Virus record (IMG/VR): IMGVR_UViG_3300037839_000499
Coordinates: 901 to 64,900 of that record
Source: a virus
Taxonomy: Duplodnaviria; Caudoviricetes
Strand: one strand, 5' to 3'
Length of the DNA: 64,000 nucleotides
The translations under genes and the position numbers were made by a program. This document shows positions 22,001-29,166 of the stretch, one piece after another (positions within the stretch are counted from its first letter, which is position 1; each line of letters begins with the position of its first letter). The notes under the pieces were generated by a model. That model saw only the letters and a list, made by a program, of their open reading frames with translations. It did not search any database and was not told where the DNA came from.

Positions 22001-25000
22001 AGGGTAAGGCTGGAGTGCCGAATGACACTCTTGATGCCTATGTAAATAAGAATGGTTCGACCAATGACTTCTTTATCTCCAGTCCGGCCGGATCGCTTGC
22101 TGGCCTAGAGGTTGAGGCTGACGGAAAGCTCATACTTACCCCTTCTGGGCTAGAAAAGCTAAGGACTCAGAATGTAGCCCCTTCGGCATATTCAACTTAC
22201 ACCATACGCTCCTCGAAGCCTGTGTTTAAGCAGAGGATTCTGGGCGTGGTTGGCGATCCCACGAAAAGGGCGATGTCGATTCTCTATGGATTCAAGAACA
22301 TTGACGAGTTTTCCGCTGAAACGATGAGCAACCCTTCATTTGTGGGTATGATTGCTGGTCTGGATGTGCCGAAAGGGCTAACCAAGACCCCGCATGACTA
22401 TCTGATTGAATGGTTTGATCAGCTGGAGTCAGATCTGCTGAACCTAAAGGGTGGAATGAAGGGAGCCGTGAGGAACATGGCTGCCGGAACCCTAGTAGGG
22501 TCGACGGCTGGATCCTTGATGGACATCGGATCGATCAAGATTACCGATTATCAGACTATTCTTGGGAATCGAGAGTCAGCCACAAGGTCAGAATCTCCCA
22601 CACAACAAGGACAGCTTTTTGCCCAAAGGATCGGCGGAGATAGGCTTGAGGAGAAGATTACAAACACAATTCAGGCGATGCCAAGGGGCGGCCTAATTAC
22701 TACTACTAAAGGGGCATTCTCGATACGGCCGAGGGTTGGGTCGGATGGTTGGGTAACGAGGGGAATCGACAATCCAAGAAGGGTTATCACTAAGACCATC
22801 TCGGCCGCCGTTGCTGGGTTGCCCGGGATCCGCGGTATGGTGCAAGTGGTTAAGTCCTACACCCGCGATGACGTAGCCCCTTCGGATCTAGGCGGTGAAA
22901 AGAACCCATTAGCCTTGGAATACAAGAAGTTAACCGATATTCCGACCCCCACCGATGAACAGCGCAAGCGGATCTCAGAAATCGAGAGGTTTGCCACCAA
23001 GTACAAGATGCCAGGAGTCGGCGTTCAGCAAGCCTTGTTCGACACGGGCAAATACGCTGGGTCGCCCAATCGGCCAACGGGATCTACTCCATCCGTTATC
23101 GAGACTCCGCCAGCTAGGTTTATCGCACCCCAAATGGAGCTTGCCCTTAATGCCCAACGGATTGAGCCAAGCGGATCCCAAAAAATCCTTTCTGAAATTA
23201 ACCAGCTTCGCGCGATGCGTGACTCTGGCCAGTCCTACAACGAGAAGCGGTTGCGCCAACTAGAGTTTACTGCCAGCCAAACCAAGCTGGCCGGGTATCA
23301 GCCGGAAGGCCAGCTGATGGCCACAGAGACAAGCCTCAATCCAACAGTTCAGCCCTTTGCGTTAGAGCAAGAAACAAGGCCGGCAATGGTGCAACAGAAT
23401 TTGTTTGCTCAAAGGATTGATTACGACGACAACGGAAACCCTGTGGTTACGCCAAAGCCACTTACCCCAGAAGAGTTAATGTCTATCCGAGCCGACCTCT
23501 TGGGTGACTTGGGTAAAGATGCCCCAGAAGTGATGGCGATGTATCGCAAGTTACGTATCCAGCCATCTGGGGTTAAGACGCTGGGTGGAGTCTACCAAAC
23601 AGGCGAAAACGGCGGGCCGGCGAGAAGCTTGGCAAACCCTGGACAAACAGCCGAACAGCGGGACTTGATTAACGCGATGGATGCGATGCGTTTCCAGCGT
23701 GGGCTTGGGATTAAGCAGGATTCGGCAGTTGAGGACGCCGCCACTCAAATTCTTTCTACGCCGGAAGGTCGGCTTGGAGTCCAAGAGGCCGTTCTATCAG
23801 GTCAGTCTCTAAACACGGAAACAACATTAGCGGCCATGAAAATGGTCGGAGAGATGGTGCAAGAGGCAATTACCAGCGAAAACGCTGAGGACTTAGGTAA
23901 GGCATACGCTATGACGTACATGTATCGAGAAGCCAGATCCGAGACCGCTCGCTCCCTTCGGATTGGCTACGACAGGCTAATGACGCCAGCTCAGCGACAC
24001 TCTGAGTTTCTTATGGCCGTAATGGTTCAGCCTGAGCGAAACAGGATTCTTGAACTAAAGTATTACCCAACCGAATCCCAAAACCGAAGCGATATAAGAA
24101 GCTTGCAGGCAACACTTGAGGATTTGCTTAAGGAAAGAAACGACTTACTAGGCTCCCAAGGCAACTCGGAAGAGATGGCGGCCGTGCTGGAACAGAGGAA
24201 CGCCGAGATTCAAGCAATGCAGGCGCAAATCGCGGATTTACAGAATCGCGTGACTCGAGAGCAAGTTATGGCCCAAGAAGCACAAGAGAGGTTGGCGGAT
24301 GTAAATCGCACGCTCGCTGGCCTTGGAACAAGTCTCCAGCAGTTAATGAAGGAGTCCGAGCTTTCAGAAATTAGAACAGGACGGCCGGCTACCCAAATGC
24401 TGGATCAAGTGAGGCTTTCTCCAAAGGAACGTGAGGCGGTGGAGCTGATTATGATCGGGCATGACCCGGTTTCAGTTTCCAAGCAAACCAAAGTTAAGCT
24501 GGTGGATATTAAGGGTGCGATGGATGTCATGCGGTCTGAGGCCAAAAGAAGGTTTAGCCAGATCGCTCAAAGCGGGATGACCCGAGACCAGCTCCGCAAG
24601 GCGCTCCTCGAAAACGCAAGAACGGACGCTTCGATGAGGCAGATATTGGCCCAGCGGATTCCAGACAATCAGCCGTTGGGCGAGGAAGAGGCGATGGAGG
24701 AGATCTACAACATGCTGGGCCTTACGCTTACCCCAACTGGTGACTATAAGTGGGCTGAGCGCAAGGGCAAAAGCAACCTCTTCGACCTACGGAAACCAGA
24801 ACATATCGTGGTGCTTGCAAAATCCATTCAAGCCGGGAAGCCAACAATCGACGGAACTATATTTGAGGCTTACGTCGCAAGCATTTTCAGCGGATTCGCA
24901 ACGCAAATTGCAAATATGGCGATGACCCCACTTTCCCCAATCACAACATCTGTTCATCGCGGATTTCAAGCGCTTACTACATATCTTTTGGGCAAGGCCG

Positions 25001-26967
25001 GAATCAATCAAGAAGTCGAAGTTGACAAGATCGACAATCGGCAAGTCCCACTCTTTAAGCCAGGGACAGCATACAATAGTCTATCAGATGCGGCAGAGGG
25101 GGCAGGCCGTGAGATTGGATATATATTGAGAGCAGTTGTTCCGGCATTCTTCGAGGCGGTAACAATGGGTAAGTTGGCTTGGGCAACCGAAGCAGGATTC
25201 TTTGACTACAATGTTTCTGGAGTTCTTGAGGACATCGATGATCCACAGACAAGGTTTGGTGCGTTCCTGCAGAAGTACGGAAGAACGAGAAAGACAAGAA
25301 TACCCGGAAAGCTCGGGAAGGCGGTTCGCGCTCCGCTTCGCGGTCTGCTTGCTGCCGATGAATTCACGAAGACGTTCAGGGCATACATGAATGTTGGCGC
25401 GCATGCCTATCGGTTAGGCAAAGCCTCTGGTCTTAATGGTGCGGAGTTAAATTCATTTGTAGAAAAGGAGATTAATGGGGCTGGCTCAACAAGCTGGATG
25501 CTTGCGGCCCGCCGAGCAACCAAGGAGACATTCACATTCCAATTAAGGCCAGAAAACGGCCAAGTCCGCTCTGTCGGCGACTTTGCGGCCGAAAACGTAG
25601 GGCGACTCTCAGATTTTTACGCAAGCCTTGAAAACGCCGCAACTGCCATGGACGGGAATCCGCTATTTATGCCAGCTAGGGCGACCCTTCGCCTCATCCA
25701 GTCGTTTTTGGTTTTAATCAAAAGCCCATTCAATATTTACCGCGAAGGTTATGCCTACACGGCTCCTGCCATACTTAACTTAATTTCAAGAGCTAGGAGG
25801 TTTAAGGAGACCGAGGTTGCTGGCAAGAAAATCAAGTATCTGCCCGTGACCGAGTACGACGACTTTGTTGAAAGGCTAACAAGCTTTGGAATCGGAACTG
25901 CAATACTTGCTGGTTTCTTAATCGGGGGCGCAGAAGGAGATGACGATGACGACAAGAAGCTCTTGCTTGTTACCGGGACGCCAGATCCGCTGGCTCCAGG
26001 AGGACAGCGGGTAACTAGGTTTGGCAACTCTCCATTCAAAATTATTCTTAGGGGCGATTGGCTTAAGAGCCTCGGCGTTACTACTGGCGAATACGTCCTC
26101 GACTACAGCCGAGTCGAACCCATTGGAACCTTAATTTCGGCTAATATTAATATCGCCAGAACGATGAAGGAGACCTTCAGAAACCCAAGCCAAGCTGGAT
26201 CTGCTGGCGCAAATCTATTTAAGGACTATTTCTTGGCTCCCGGAACAAGAACCTACGGCAAAGCATGGCGCGATATGGTGAGCCTGTTTGATTTGGAGGG
26301 AAGCGGATGGCAAAGGGTCTTAAGGGACAAGTTATCCGCCATAATGTCGCCCAATTTATTCAAGCAACCGTTTGGTGGGATCCCCGAATATGAGAAGGAT
26401 GTTTATAATCCAGATCCATTAGCCGCAGATGCTCTTGCATTTGCGATCCTGCCAGGACTCGGAGACCAGCTAGGGATTCCTGATCGGCGCACATTCGAGG
26501 GCATGAAAGTTCCCAACCCAGTTCTGTACGATGGGGCCGGCCCAGCTGCAAGGTCAGTCGCTCGGCTATTGCCCGGACGATTCGGCGAAGGATTCGGGAA
26601 GACAGATTTCGAGAAATTCATAGACAACTACAATCGTCAACACCCTGACAAAAGGTGGAATCCAGACCTTTCTCGACCAGATCGATTCTTTGACGACAAA
26701 TATCTTCGCCAAAGGGTTGCCTTGACCAACTCCGAGTACGAGATGGTGCTCAAAATGGCCGCACCCAAAATAAAGGCCTATCTGTATGGGAATAGCGCGG
26801 AGAGCGGTACTTTATCTCAAAAGGACTTATCTGGCTTTATTCCAGAAGACCGCAAGGACGTAGTCCAAAGAACGATTTCTGGATTCTATCGGGATGCTAA
26901 GAAAGCAGTTGTGGATGCGCGGCACAGAAGAGAGCTGAAGGCTTTACAGTCTAGCCCCGCTAAGTAG
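10021..26967 (+). CDS. Giant polyvalent internal-virion/ejection protein (ParB-like, Strawberry-notch SF2 helicase, sigma70-like, zincin metallopeptidase domains)
   Basis: 5648 aa between terL and portal; PIVIW..ITGRHR (ParB-like), GHEMGIGKG / IDEAH / SRSGSTGINAH / QVAARVNRTGQ (Sno helicase), sigma region 2/4 patterns, LHEFVH..DEFSAE (zincin). Confidence 0.85.
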   Translation: MSLPDFGGTGVDGKPEDSFGGPEPEYVPRTRSEARSLEQEQTGKIKEATRAYNYGSEQALEEAGIKYKTDEQGFVQPRYEPNNEFGRSVEFGTSEFKDPITEETRQIDKTGKVKPKKRQNVTYKSGDANNPNFPNPSRIYRVYTREQDAGVEDPNQPFAATKAEDIGSAFDLQGVSDQGISSLAKEAVRKNRQYELSSAKSVLDARGQQLDVESETFKSQIDTLNQTPIPDWQPDGDKMDPAIAAEVGGKADAKTRQNVAARIGMSRDQKIGEVSSQLAEKNKERIRNRALQVELQSQMSFDEGESIYDNRVQQLLKNGAKQEDIDKDPLIGAIREGLTNIQKPVLPLSEVFKDPTLAPQAIYETRASQREKARIEAEGRLAKEKATEFLKPFIEQAADTSISYTTLAGRRNRLSSVYNKLLEDADSSDTNQKGSGLNLRAQAAGYAEAIGVLDDQLGRIGKQALIAQDGAKIQGEFAKEKEQRVQQELKTRLTKLEQETALKVEKFKQRKELEDGAFMGPPAPEDIPPSTPTQGSPTQPTTPSQPESPTSWFQGGLNNLFSKDTMRQATRGYFELNQKFASGTYLAAANSLRIRGQEMPTMGSEFVGAMTTSPSMPAKIMAVLGMVDRQFGGKLHNKAANYFEESATAAKENETAIRNEKFLGAEPVSPEWRESDVGQVVKSLTELPFYIGTTMINPAVGFIATFGTSYDEAIQNQLNSGVRNPDHVTALAEAIPVAAAESLGNMVQLGLAKSLGRKFIQNLESMTARSLRGLFASAAMKIGGGSAFEGMEEGVQTWWSNMIAKHIGKFDPNRPLDKDVWKSIYVAMWAGGAGVTVMGGGTVVLTGAQNALNERGLRKQVDEMRTATEDIPLNGWEDWGNKLPEQVLDPGLAESFGEIGADLDEQQGQFLVGLADSIKGAPFRRLLELGKSIDESINQPPALQSRAAGILTGAKNEQLKGEADLYAERANLAAIMQGEAQLRLRVAREIGTLPTDPVDGGLDQQATGLIAAKVLFGSSGVTQEELKAKYRGMPIIQTDSNGIQVPSEFVKQDIFSQAPTMSEQLKGFLSRVDQAMAKAEVSGGASAEPPEPPKPEQKPTGKPRQVDQANLKTPRQIAEASAKTGSPALMARLEGTTPDERWASVESKMKNLVTAIGSKGLDVKFLSDDRQEASSAGFDVDNKTLRINLNRKAFMDMEGTDPEANNRYVREEIAHLGDIAEGALDAKRQGKDNYREHWEQQRATMLSRIFNVAKQDKAVEESVVAAANLYLENVFSKPMTDDGGNKFSSTSAPMSATMDALVRGEVMPQFKTISDVQRYMVRNGVGGEKGVRAMPLFMAEMLRMLKTYGQPQTESRNYLRTAAKTTGGSRAIIKIISDYLRKVYKALFSIKDSLVKADPQLAEDLSNLLSEIDDVLSDSPSQPRVEINPRSPNEPQAPEAKPRAPPETGENVPQPPVEPPVIAPQGGGQAVGTIAPPATRIVPRGRMVSVTYDKLGSGGVESVTEQVQLTKEQELEWEKGEANYRQSAEMAKRTKDPAMRSSRMQGAGYEWAKRKREITGRLHYREQMEKEAREKKNYIGKKVGIQAEEGILSATIIGNPFGRVKVRLEDGQELTVLPDQLTSAPEIEQDEPTTIPSGQVVDFPVNKIVVNDKIQQFKKKAKKDSGVVKALTGEYQATPKNPIVIWERNDGVFEVITGRHRLDLAKRNNMATVPAQIVKESEGWTQEKAETFDAEANIRDGQGDLEDFAYYFRKSGISQQDAEVKGLLRDDGKGKAGFLIANEATEDVYAGLMAGKVDAGMAVIIASGAPKSVGAVNESIQRAALNYVTSERVTQQDVRNFISGMIATFADKGPSESQSDLFGSDDSALELMKQRAKKASKIQRDVRQKLNAMLNFKKLSREGQAQALEDVGVTIAVGEDSVAKVNQKITDLQAELASWERWATDPEKVGQIDQMPNIKAQRINIQAQRIDDTQEGGVDSNSEERTQSGTSEGIQPTGSGGGISPTGEVATGQPGELQNVEDGRGRPLSGSVDQRLDGGSGENQGLADNAVPASVRISRGPQPNLGALQSLQRREPRVEVGRTANVDDAERVLGEGLETQVPWVPVIQGSGVSLKTFAPAGIADEMRRNLERIDRERGGLEQYVANALGLADTSELYRVINPKAGSRLNKEQVETIAAALDRMDAGKSCIIGHEMGIGKGRPCAAILYVAYLRGQIPIFFTANSRTLYPTLMDDFKDLGFKMDPFITDQDFESVMGDGSVLTNKGKNPKALFDSIAASKKLPTGKTMIMTTWEQARLKDVNAVLNALAPNAVFVIDEAHKGTGDSLSSEVARGILKKAKGVTFSSGTAIKNLEAMRLYFPFTSVNRAIPSVRRLNQLLKKFANPLLELMNRGLVSAGEYIRYQRGLTHNGEPVPFTALALRTGPQVVEVNETANEIAGELKQIQAGPFMKQLRGVLMPLVKTKAAAMIEDKPELAATLTIKVEPYPMKSQFHNIANIMVLASKIPEISKQIKALVDQGNKVFVASDATGEAAVQELLDDISLETDPKNASFADALSRYTDKLKYITITAKVGPKGRQQTLFRQKLDLNRAQEEYPEAVERAQQVLQQIADAKSMIESSRNILGRLGISPMDSLRQQLESVQIPSVEISGRSATVMPDGTREKRTELDQDRMASLSMFNNLDDMNVISVSRSGSTGINAHNSPKFNSQKDRVFFLLQPSPNVVDTVQVAARVNRTGQLTAPHLYMAYAEELPAEKRMMALTAKKMSKLGASSTGGQKLDMSETFGEDMHNAYGDLAMANVLARDETFRQEFQSRHNEYFPGSNEEEVRANLMKGAGNGDVFRRFEHMLIIMPLDIYSQISEQIRDEYNEIVETEKMAGRYNLTSEKMDYKAVLVDDMPGMAPYSPRREGEPDIGTAQPTQLRRYRFTNPTPPPASEQLIKDIDKVKADTAQLVQKYNESAEKYLSDRVNLITSRSRLDPNARNLLIQAITRKMAVAQAAVAAAAEKVGGGYWYHINDTQVPVFVTGLRLNIKYPHVVASQRMLIQSAGFNHLMPVPISANPLSRLASAQAAFNNNPLEQNELGIEMPLLDITPTGQDSEAAFYRSFQQTETYAAAKAWENHPFALREKYMSFAMDRAGYRPGFFRVNRKFSDGKTVNSLYYDGNTIIEMSPVRTREILSFVSEKTENAQTEKEVVDAFAEALDVTQDIDTITDEGAVATDQGQKQFVGKMNNRRRNQVVSGAYDRERQKAMQQDHFVIAGNPLVAADMATRLFGQQLNHRIMRFTNQDGSETTGIVVPAQAEFSQLRKLSDVMNTKETIQRSDAERVLDFLNSTITRHHNATEVVFTDGATISYATTEATAIETPHSLKSIIPNRVWEMAQDQLADLSVVEEGGVPDEVRAELEKLVPGAKVSAEGPYIVVAMGGFDAGKYIAKRMARASDRIATGATPIEGYAYSGPRSVQIHAQRIGDEITPEIWNYYRIATQQTTDSDGGVGPSPAVRMVLRMFPNMDASYVEDSAVSGVLKAIKALAVMRTQDPGKFAEMEGSMTPEGGIPKKIFSYMVEAAKNSVLTSYQKFGQYEVDPPEQQGMQMLEDEETVAEVLAGRATAFSDDEGPDIVTPKEIEETEFTKALRSDMEAAFQIIDPRLAQVFVAHNRGMTFEAIADEFALPPIIGKDGKQRPNKQMAQRMYDDALRALQDFAGDNSLFATNSRPQKPVSRALRLAMEAGLIRPMSINAQRIYTTDSEEDGETANLVRQFRSTQLGQAIAALRSGPQPAGNLIRGIAEPANENNKAIQAYYRLLSQALVKGIEANPSSFLGRASNTDVVIDESIPTSHFSSSKMDPFTMGIIRLHPGQLSPRVILHEFVHAFTAQLIGTEIIKNFQPRRGEMTGSKYREALTTYANKQPIDTDNPTGAIPAMQSLVKAYLGALKYAKDDAGQPIENAIFGSGLTASFSITLPMHRASYAGGLHMSAHIDASNSKAIYDHFTELGLEGKAGVPNDTLDAYVNKNGSTNDFFISSPAGSLAGLEVEADGKLILTPSGLEKLRTQNVAPSAYSTYTIRSSKPVFKQRILGVVGDPTKRAMSILYGFKNIDEFSAETMSNPSFVGMIAGLDVPKGLTKTPHDYLIEWFDQLESDLLNLKGGMKGAVRNMAAGTLVGSTAGSLMDIGSIKITDYQTILGNRESATRSESPTQQGQLFAQRIGGDRLEEKITNTIQAMPRGGLITTTKGAFSIRPRVGSDGWVTRGIDNPRRVITKTISAAVAGLPGIRGMVQVVKSYTRDDVAPSDLGGEKNPLALEYKKLTDIPTPTDEQRKRISEIERFATKYKMPGVGVQQALFDTGKYAGSPNRPTGSTPSVIETPPARFIAPQMELALNAQRIEPSGSQKILSEINQLRAMRDSGQSYNEKRLRQLEFTASQTKLAGYQPEGQLMATETSLNPTVQPFALEQETRPAMVQQNLFAQRIDYDDNGNPVVTPKPLTPEELMSIRADLLGDLGKDAPEVMAMYRKLRIQPSGVKTLGGVYQTGENGGPARSLANPGQTAEQRDLINAMDAMRFQRGLGIKQDSAVEDAATQILSTPEGRLGVQEAVLSGQSLNTETTLAAMKMVGEMVQEAITSENAEDLGKAYAMTYMYREARSETARSLRIGYDRLMTPAQRHSEFLMAVMVQPERNRILELKYYPTESQNRSDIRSLQATLEDLLKERNDLLGSQGNSEEMAAVLEQRNAEIQAMQAQIADLQNRVTREQVMAQEAQERLADVNRTLAGLGTSLQQLMKESELSEIRTGRPATQMLDQVRLSPKEREAVELIMIGHDPVSVSKQTKVKLVDIKGAMDVMRSEAKRRFSQIAQSGMTRDQLRKALLENARTDASMRQILAQRIPDNQPLGEEEAMEEIYNMLGLTLTPTGDYKWAERKGKSNLFDLRKPEHIVVLAKSIQAGKPTIDGTIFEAYVASIFSGFATQIANMAMTPLSPITTSVHRGFQALTTYLLGKAGINQEVEVDKIDNRQVPLFKPGTAYNSLSDAAEGAGREIGYILRAVVPAFFEAVTMGKLAWATEAGFFDYNVSGVLEDIDDPQTRFGAFLQKYGRTRKTRIPGKLGKAVRAPLRGLLAADEFTKTFRAYMNVGAHAYRLGKASGLNGAELNSFVEKEINGAGSTSWMLAARRATKETFTFQLRPENGQVRSVGDFAAENVGRLSDFYASLENAATAMDGNPLFMPARATLRLIQSFLVLIKSPFNIYREGYAYTAPAILNLISRARRFKETEVAGKKIKYLPVTEYDDFVERLTSFGIGTAILAGFLIGGAEGDDDDDKKLLLVTGTPDPLAPGGQRVTRFGNSPFKIILRGDWLKSLGVTTGEYVLDYSRVEPIGTLISANINIARTMKETFRNPSQAGSAGANLFKDYFLAPGTRTYGKAWRDMVSLFDLEGSGWQRVLRDKLSAIMSPNLFKQPFGGIPEYEKDVYNPDPLAADALAFAILPGLGDQLGIPDRRTFEGMKVPNPVLYDGAGPAARSVARLLPGRFGEGFGKTDFEKFIDNYNRQHPDKRWNPDLSRPDRFFDDKYLRQRVALTNSEYEMVLKMAAPKIKAYLYGNSAESGTLSQKDLSGFIPEDRKDVVQRTISGFYRDAKKAVVDARHRRELKALQSSPAK

Positions 26968-26976
26968 TCGAGTTAT

Positions 26977-29166
26977 ATGGCTGAAACGCAGATAGATACG
27001 CTTTTGGAGAGCACGGACGCCCTTGAAAAGGCCATAGACCAAGCCAAACCGCTGGAAGGCGGGGAGGCACTAGGAGGCGGATCCCCAGCTCCCAATAGCT
27101 TTTCAACAGCCTATCTGCTTACGGCGGAACAGGAGAAAAACCTAGTCGCCCACGCCATAAGAAGGCTCCGGGAAACCGAAGCCGACATGGGTCGCAACCT
27201 CACCCGATCTGCCGCTTGGCATAACAATATGTCGGGCGGGATTCCGGCTCATGATACTTTCCTTGGTAGAAGGCAGATATTTGAATGGATTTACGAGAAT
27301 AACGTAAGCTGGCGTCCGTTCACGATGGGCGGAATCTTTGAGCATAGTAATCTCATCGTTCCGTTAACTCGCAGGATTGCTCGGCAAATGATCGCTCGAG
27401 CCGTTAAGTATTTCCTTGGTACAGACCCTTGGTTCGGGGTTTTGCCAGAAGGATCCTCAGATCGGAATGTGGCCGACCGGCTTGAAAAGTACGCCCGATT
27501 TAAGTTTGACCGACTGAAGATTAAGGATGCCCTAAAGATGGCCATCCAGATTGCATTTGTCCGAGGGGAGTGCGTCGTCAAAACCACCTACACCCAGAAA
27601 GATCAAATATATAAAAAGCTCCTGCGGGTAATGGTAGACGGCCAAGGGAATCCCATTATGGCGGCCGACGGTGATTTTATTACAGAAAACGACCGGTTTG
27701 CCCCATCTCAAGACGGCCAAATGGTTCTCCAGAGAGACATGCAGACCCCGCAACCCATGTTCCCAATCTTTATGGAGCAATTGGTTACACGGAAGTCCGA
27801 CATATTTATCGGGCCTGCGGCCGAGCCAGTATACTTTCAAGACTTTTTGTGTCCGCTAAATGCGTCTTCTGTCGATGATGCCGATTTCTGCGCTCATCTT
27901 TACGATGCACCGGTGATGGAGCTGGCCGACCTTTACAGGAAAAAGGGAGTCGGATCGGAGGATCCAGACGAAGAGCTGGCAAGAATCCGTAGCGTGATTG
28001 AGCAGATTCGGCTGGCCTCAAGCGAAAGCGGAGATCCCAAAACAGGGGCTGGGCAAGCTAGGTCTGAACGAGGTGAGGGTCAGGTGGGGGTCAACAATAC
28101 AGCCCAGCCGTCCCTTGAAGTGGCTGAATGCTACATTCGCTACGATGCGGATGGCGACGGGATTACCGAAGAAATTATGCTACTTCTCGATGTTAAGAAC
28201 CAAAAAGCCATCTTTTATGAGTACACAGCCAATGTAACTGCTGACGGTAAGAGGCCGTTCACAGTTCTTAGGGTTAATCCAGTAGACGGCCGGTGGTATG
28301 GGATCGGAGCGGTGGAGCAGTTTAAGTCCTCGCAGGACTTTATTGATCTGACGGTAAACCGATTAAACTTTGCCCAAGGAGCAAGCGGGCGGATCACGTT
28401 CTGGAGGCCAGACGCCACTTACGAGGGATCCTCTAATCCAAACCTAGTTCTCAACAGCGGAGGCACTTACACGCTTCGCCCAGGATTTTCAGCCAAGGAT
28501 GCCGTTGAATATGTGGCACTCCCAGAGACCAAAAACGACCAGCTGAGCTTCATGTTGAACTATTTTACGCAGATTGTTCAGCTGGAGTCAGGGATTGTGA
28601 ATCCCGGCGACCAAGACTTTGCGGGTCTTCCAAGTTCCAAGCTGGCAACCGGAATCCGCTCGATTGACGCTTCGGGCCAAGAAATGTTTAGCCAATACAT
28701 TCAAGACATGCTCGCCCCGCTGATGCAGATTATGAATCGTCTCGTTCTGCTACTACTCAAAAACTTAGACAAGAAGGAGGCTTTCAACTATCTCGAAGGA
28801 GATGCGTTGAGTCTTATCTCTATCGGGCCAGATGACGTAAAGGGCATGGAATTGAATATAAAATTACTTCTAACCCGCTTCTACGGAGAGCAACAGCTTC
28901 AGAGTAATGCCCAAGCGGCCAATCTTGTGACGCAATTTTACTCCCTCCCGCCCGAAATTCAGCAGAAAGTATCCTTGTTCTACACTCAATCATTGAAGTC
29001 CCTTGGCGTTGTAGAGGCCGAGCAGATTATTCAGCCATTTGAAGTAACAGGGGCAACTACCCAAGATGGAAGAGTTTTCGGGCAATCCGGATCCCCAGGA
29101 GCGCCAGCCGGTGCAGTTGGGAATCCAAGACAAGTACCACTAGATCCCGGATCCGCTGGCGGATGA
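26977..29166 (+). CDS. Portal protein
   Basis: 729 aa; YDADGDGITEE, RPFTV..GRWYGIGAVE..QDFID..N and ATGI patterns typical of podovirus-type portals; position upstream of scaffold and capsid. Confidence 0.85.
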   Translation: MAETQIDTLLESTDALEKAIDQAKPLEGGEALGGGSPAPNSFSTAYLLTAEQEKNLVAHAIRRLRETEADMGRNLTRSAAWHNNMSGGIPAHDTFLGRRQIFEWIYENNVSWRPFTMGGIFEHSNLIVPLTRRIARQMIARAVKYFLGTDPWFGVLPEGSSDRNVADRLEKYARFKFDRLKIKDALKMAIQIAFVRGECVVKTTYTQKDQIYKKLLRVMVDGQGNPIMAADGDFITENDRFAPSQDGQMVLQRDMQTPQPMFPIFMEQLVTRKSDIFIGPAAEPVYFQDFLCPLNASSVDDADFCAHLYDAPVMELADLYRKKGVGSEDPDEELARIRSVIEQIRLASSESGDPKTGAGQARSERGEGQVGVNNTAQPSLEVAECYIRYDADGDGITEEIMLLLDVKNQKAIFYEYTANVTADGKRPFTVLRVNPVDGRWYGIGAVEQFKSSQDFIDLTVNRLNFAQGASGRITFWRPDATYEGSSNPNLVLNSGGTYTLRPGFSAKDAVEYVALPETKNDQLSFMLNYFTQIVQLESGIVNPGDQDFAGLPSSKLATGIRSIDASGQEMFSQYIQDMLAPLMQIMNRLVLLLLKNLDKKEAFNYLEGDALSLISIGPDDVKGMELNIKLLLTRFYGEQQLQSNAQAANLVTQFYSLPPEIQQKVSLFYTQSLKSLGVVEAEQIIQPFEVTGATTQDGRVFGQSGSPGAPAGAVGNPRQVPLDPGSAGG

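Noticed and set aside
10254-26627. Many short alternative-frame and antisense ORFs inside the giant gene and other long genes
   Set aside because: Shadow ORFs without recognisable motifs or translation signals
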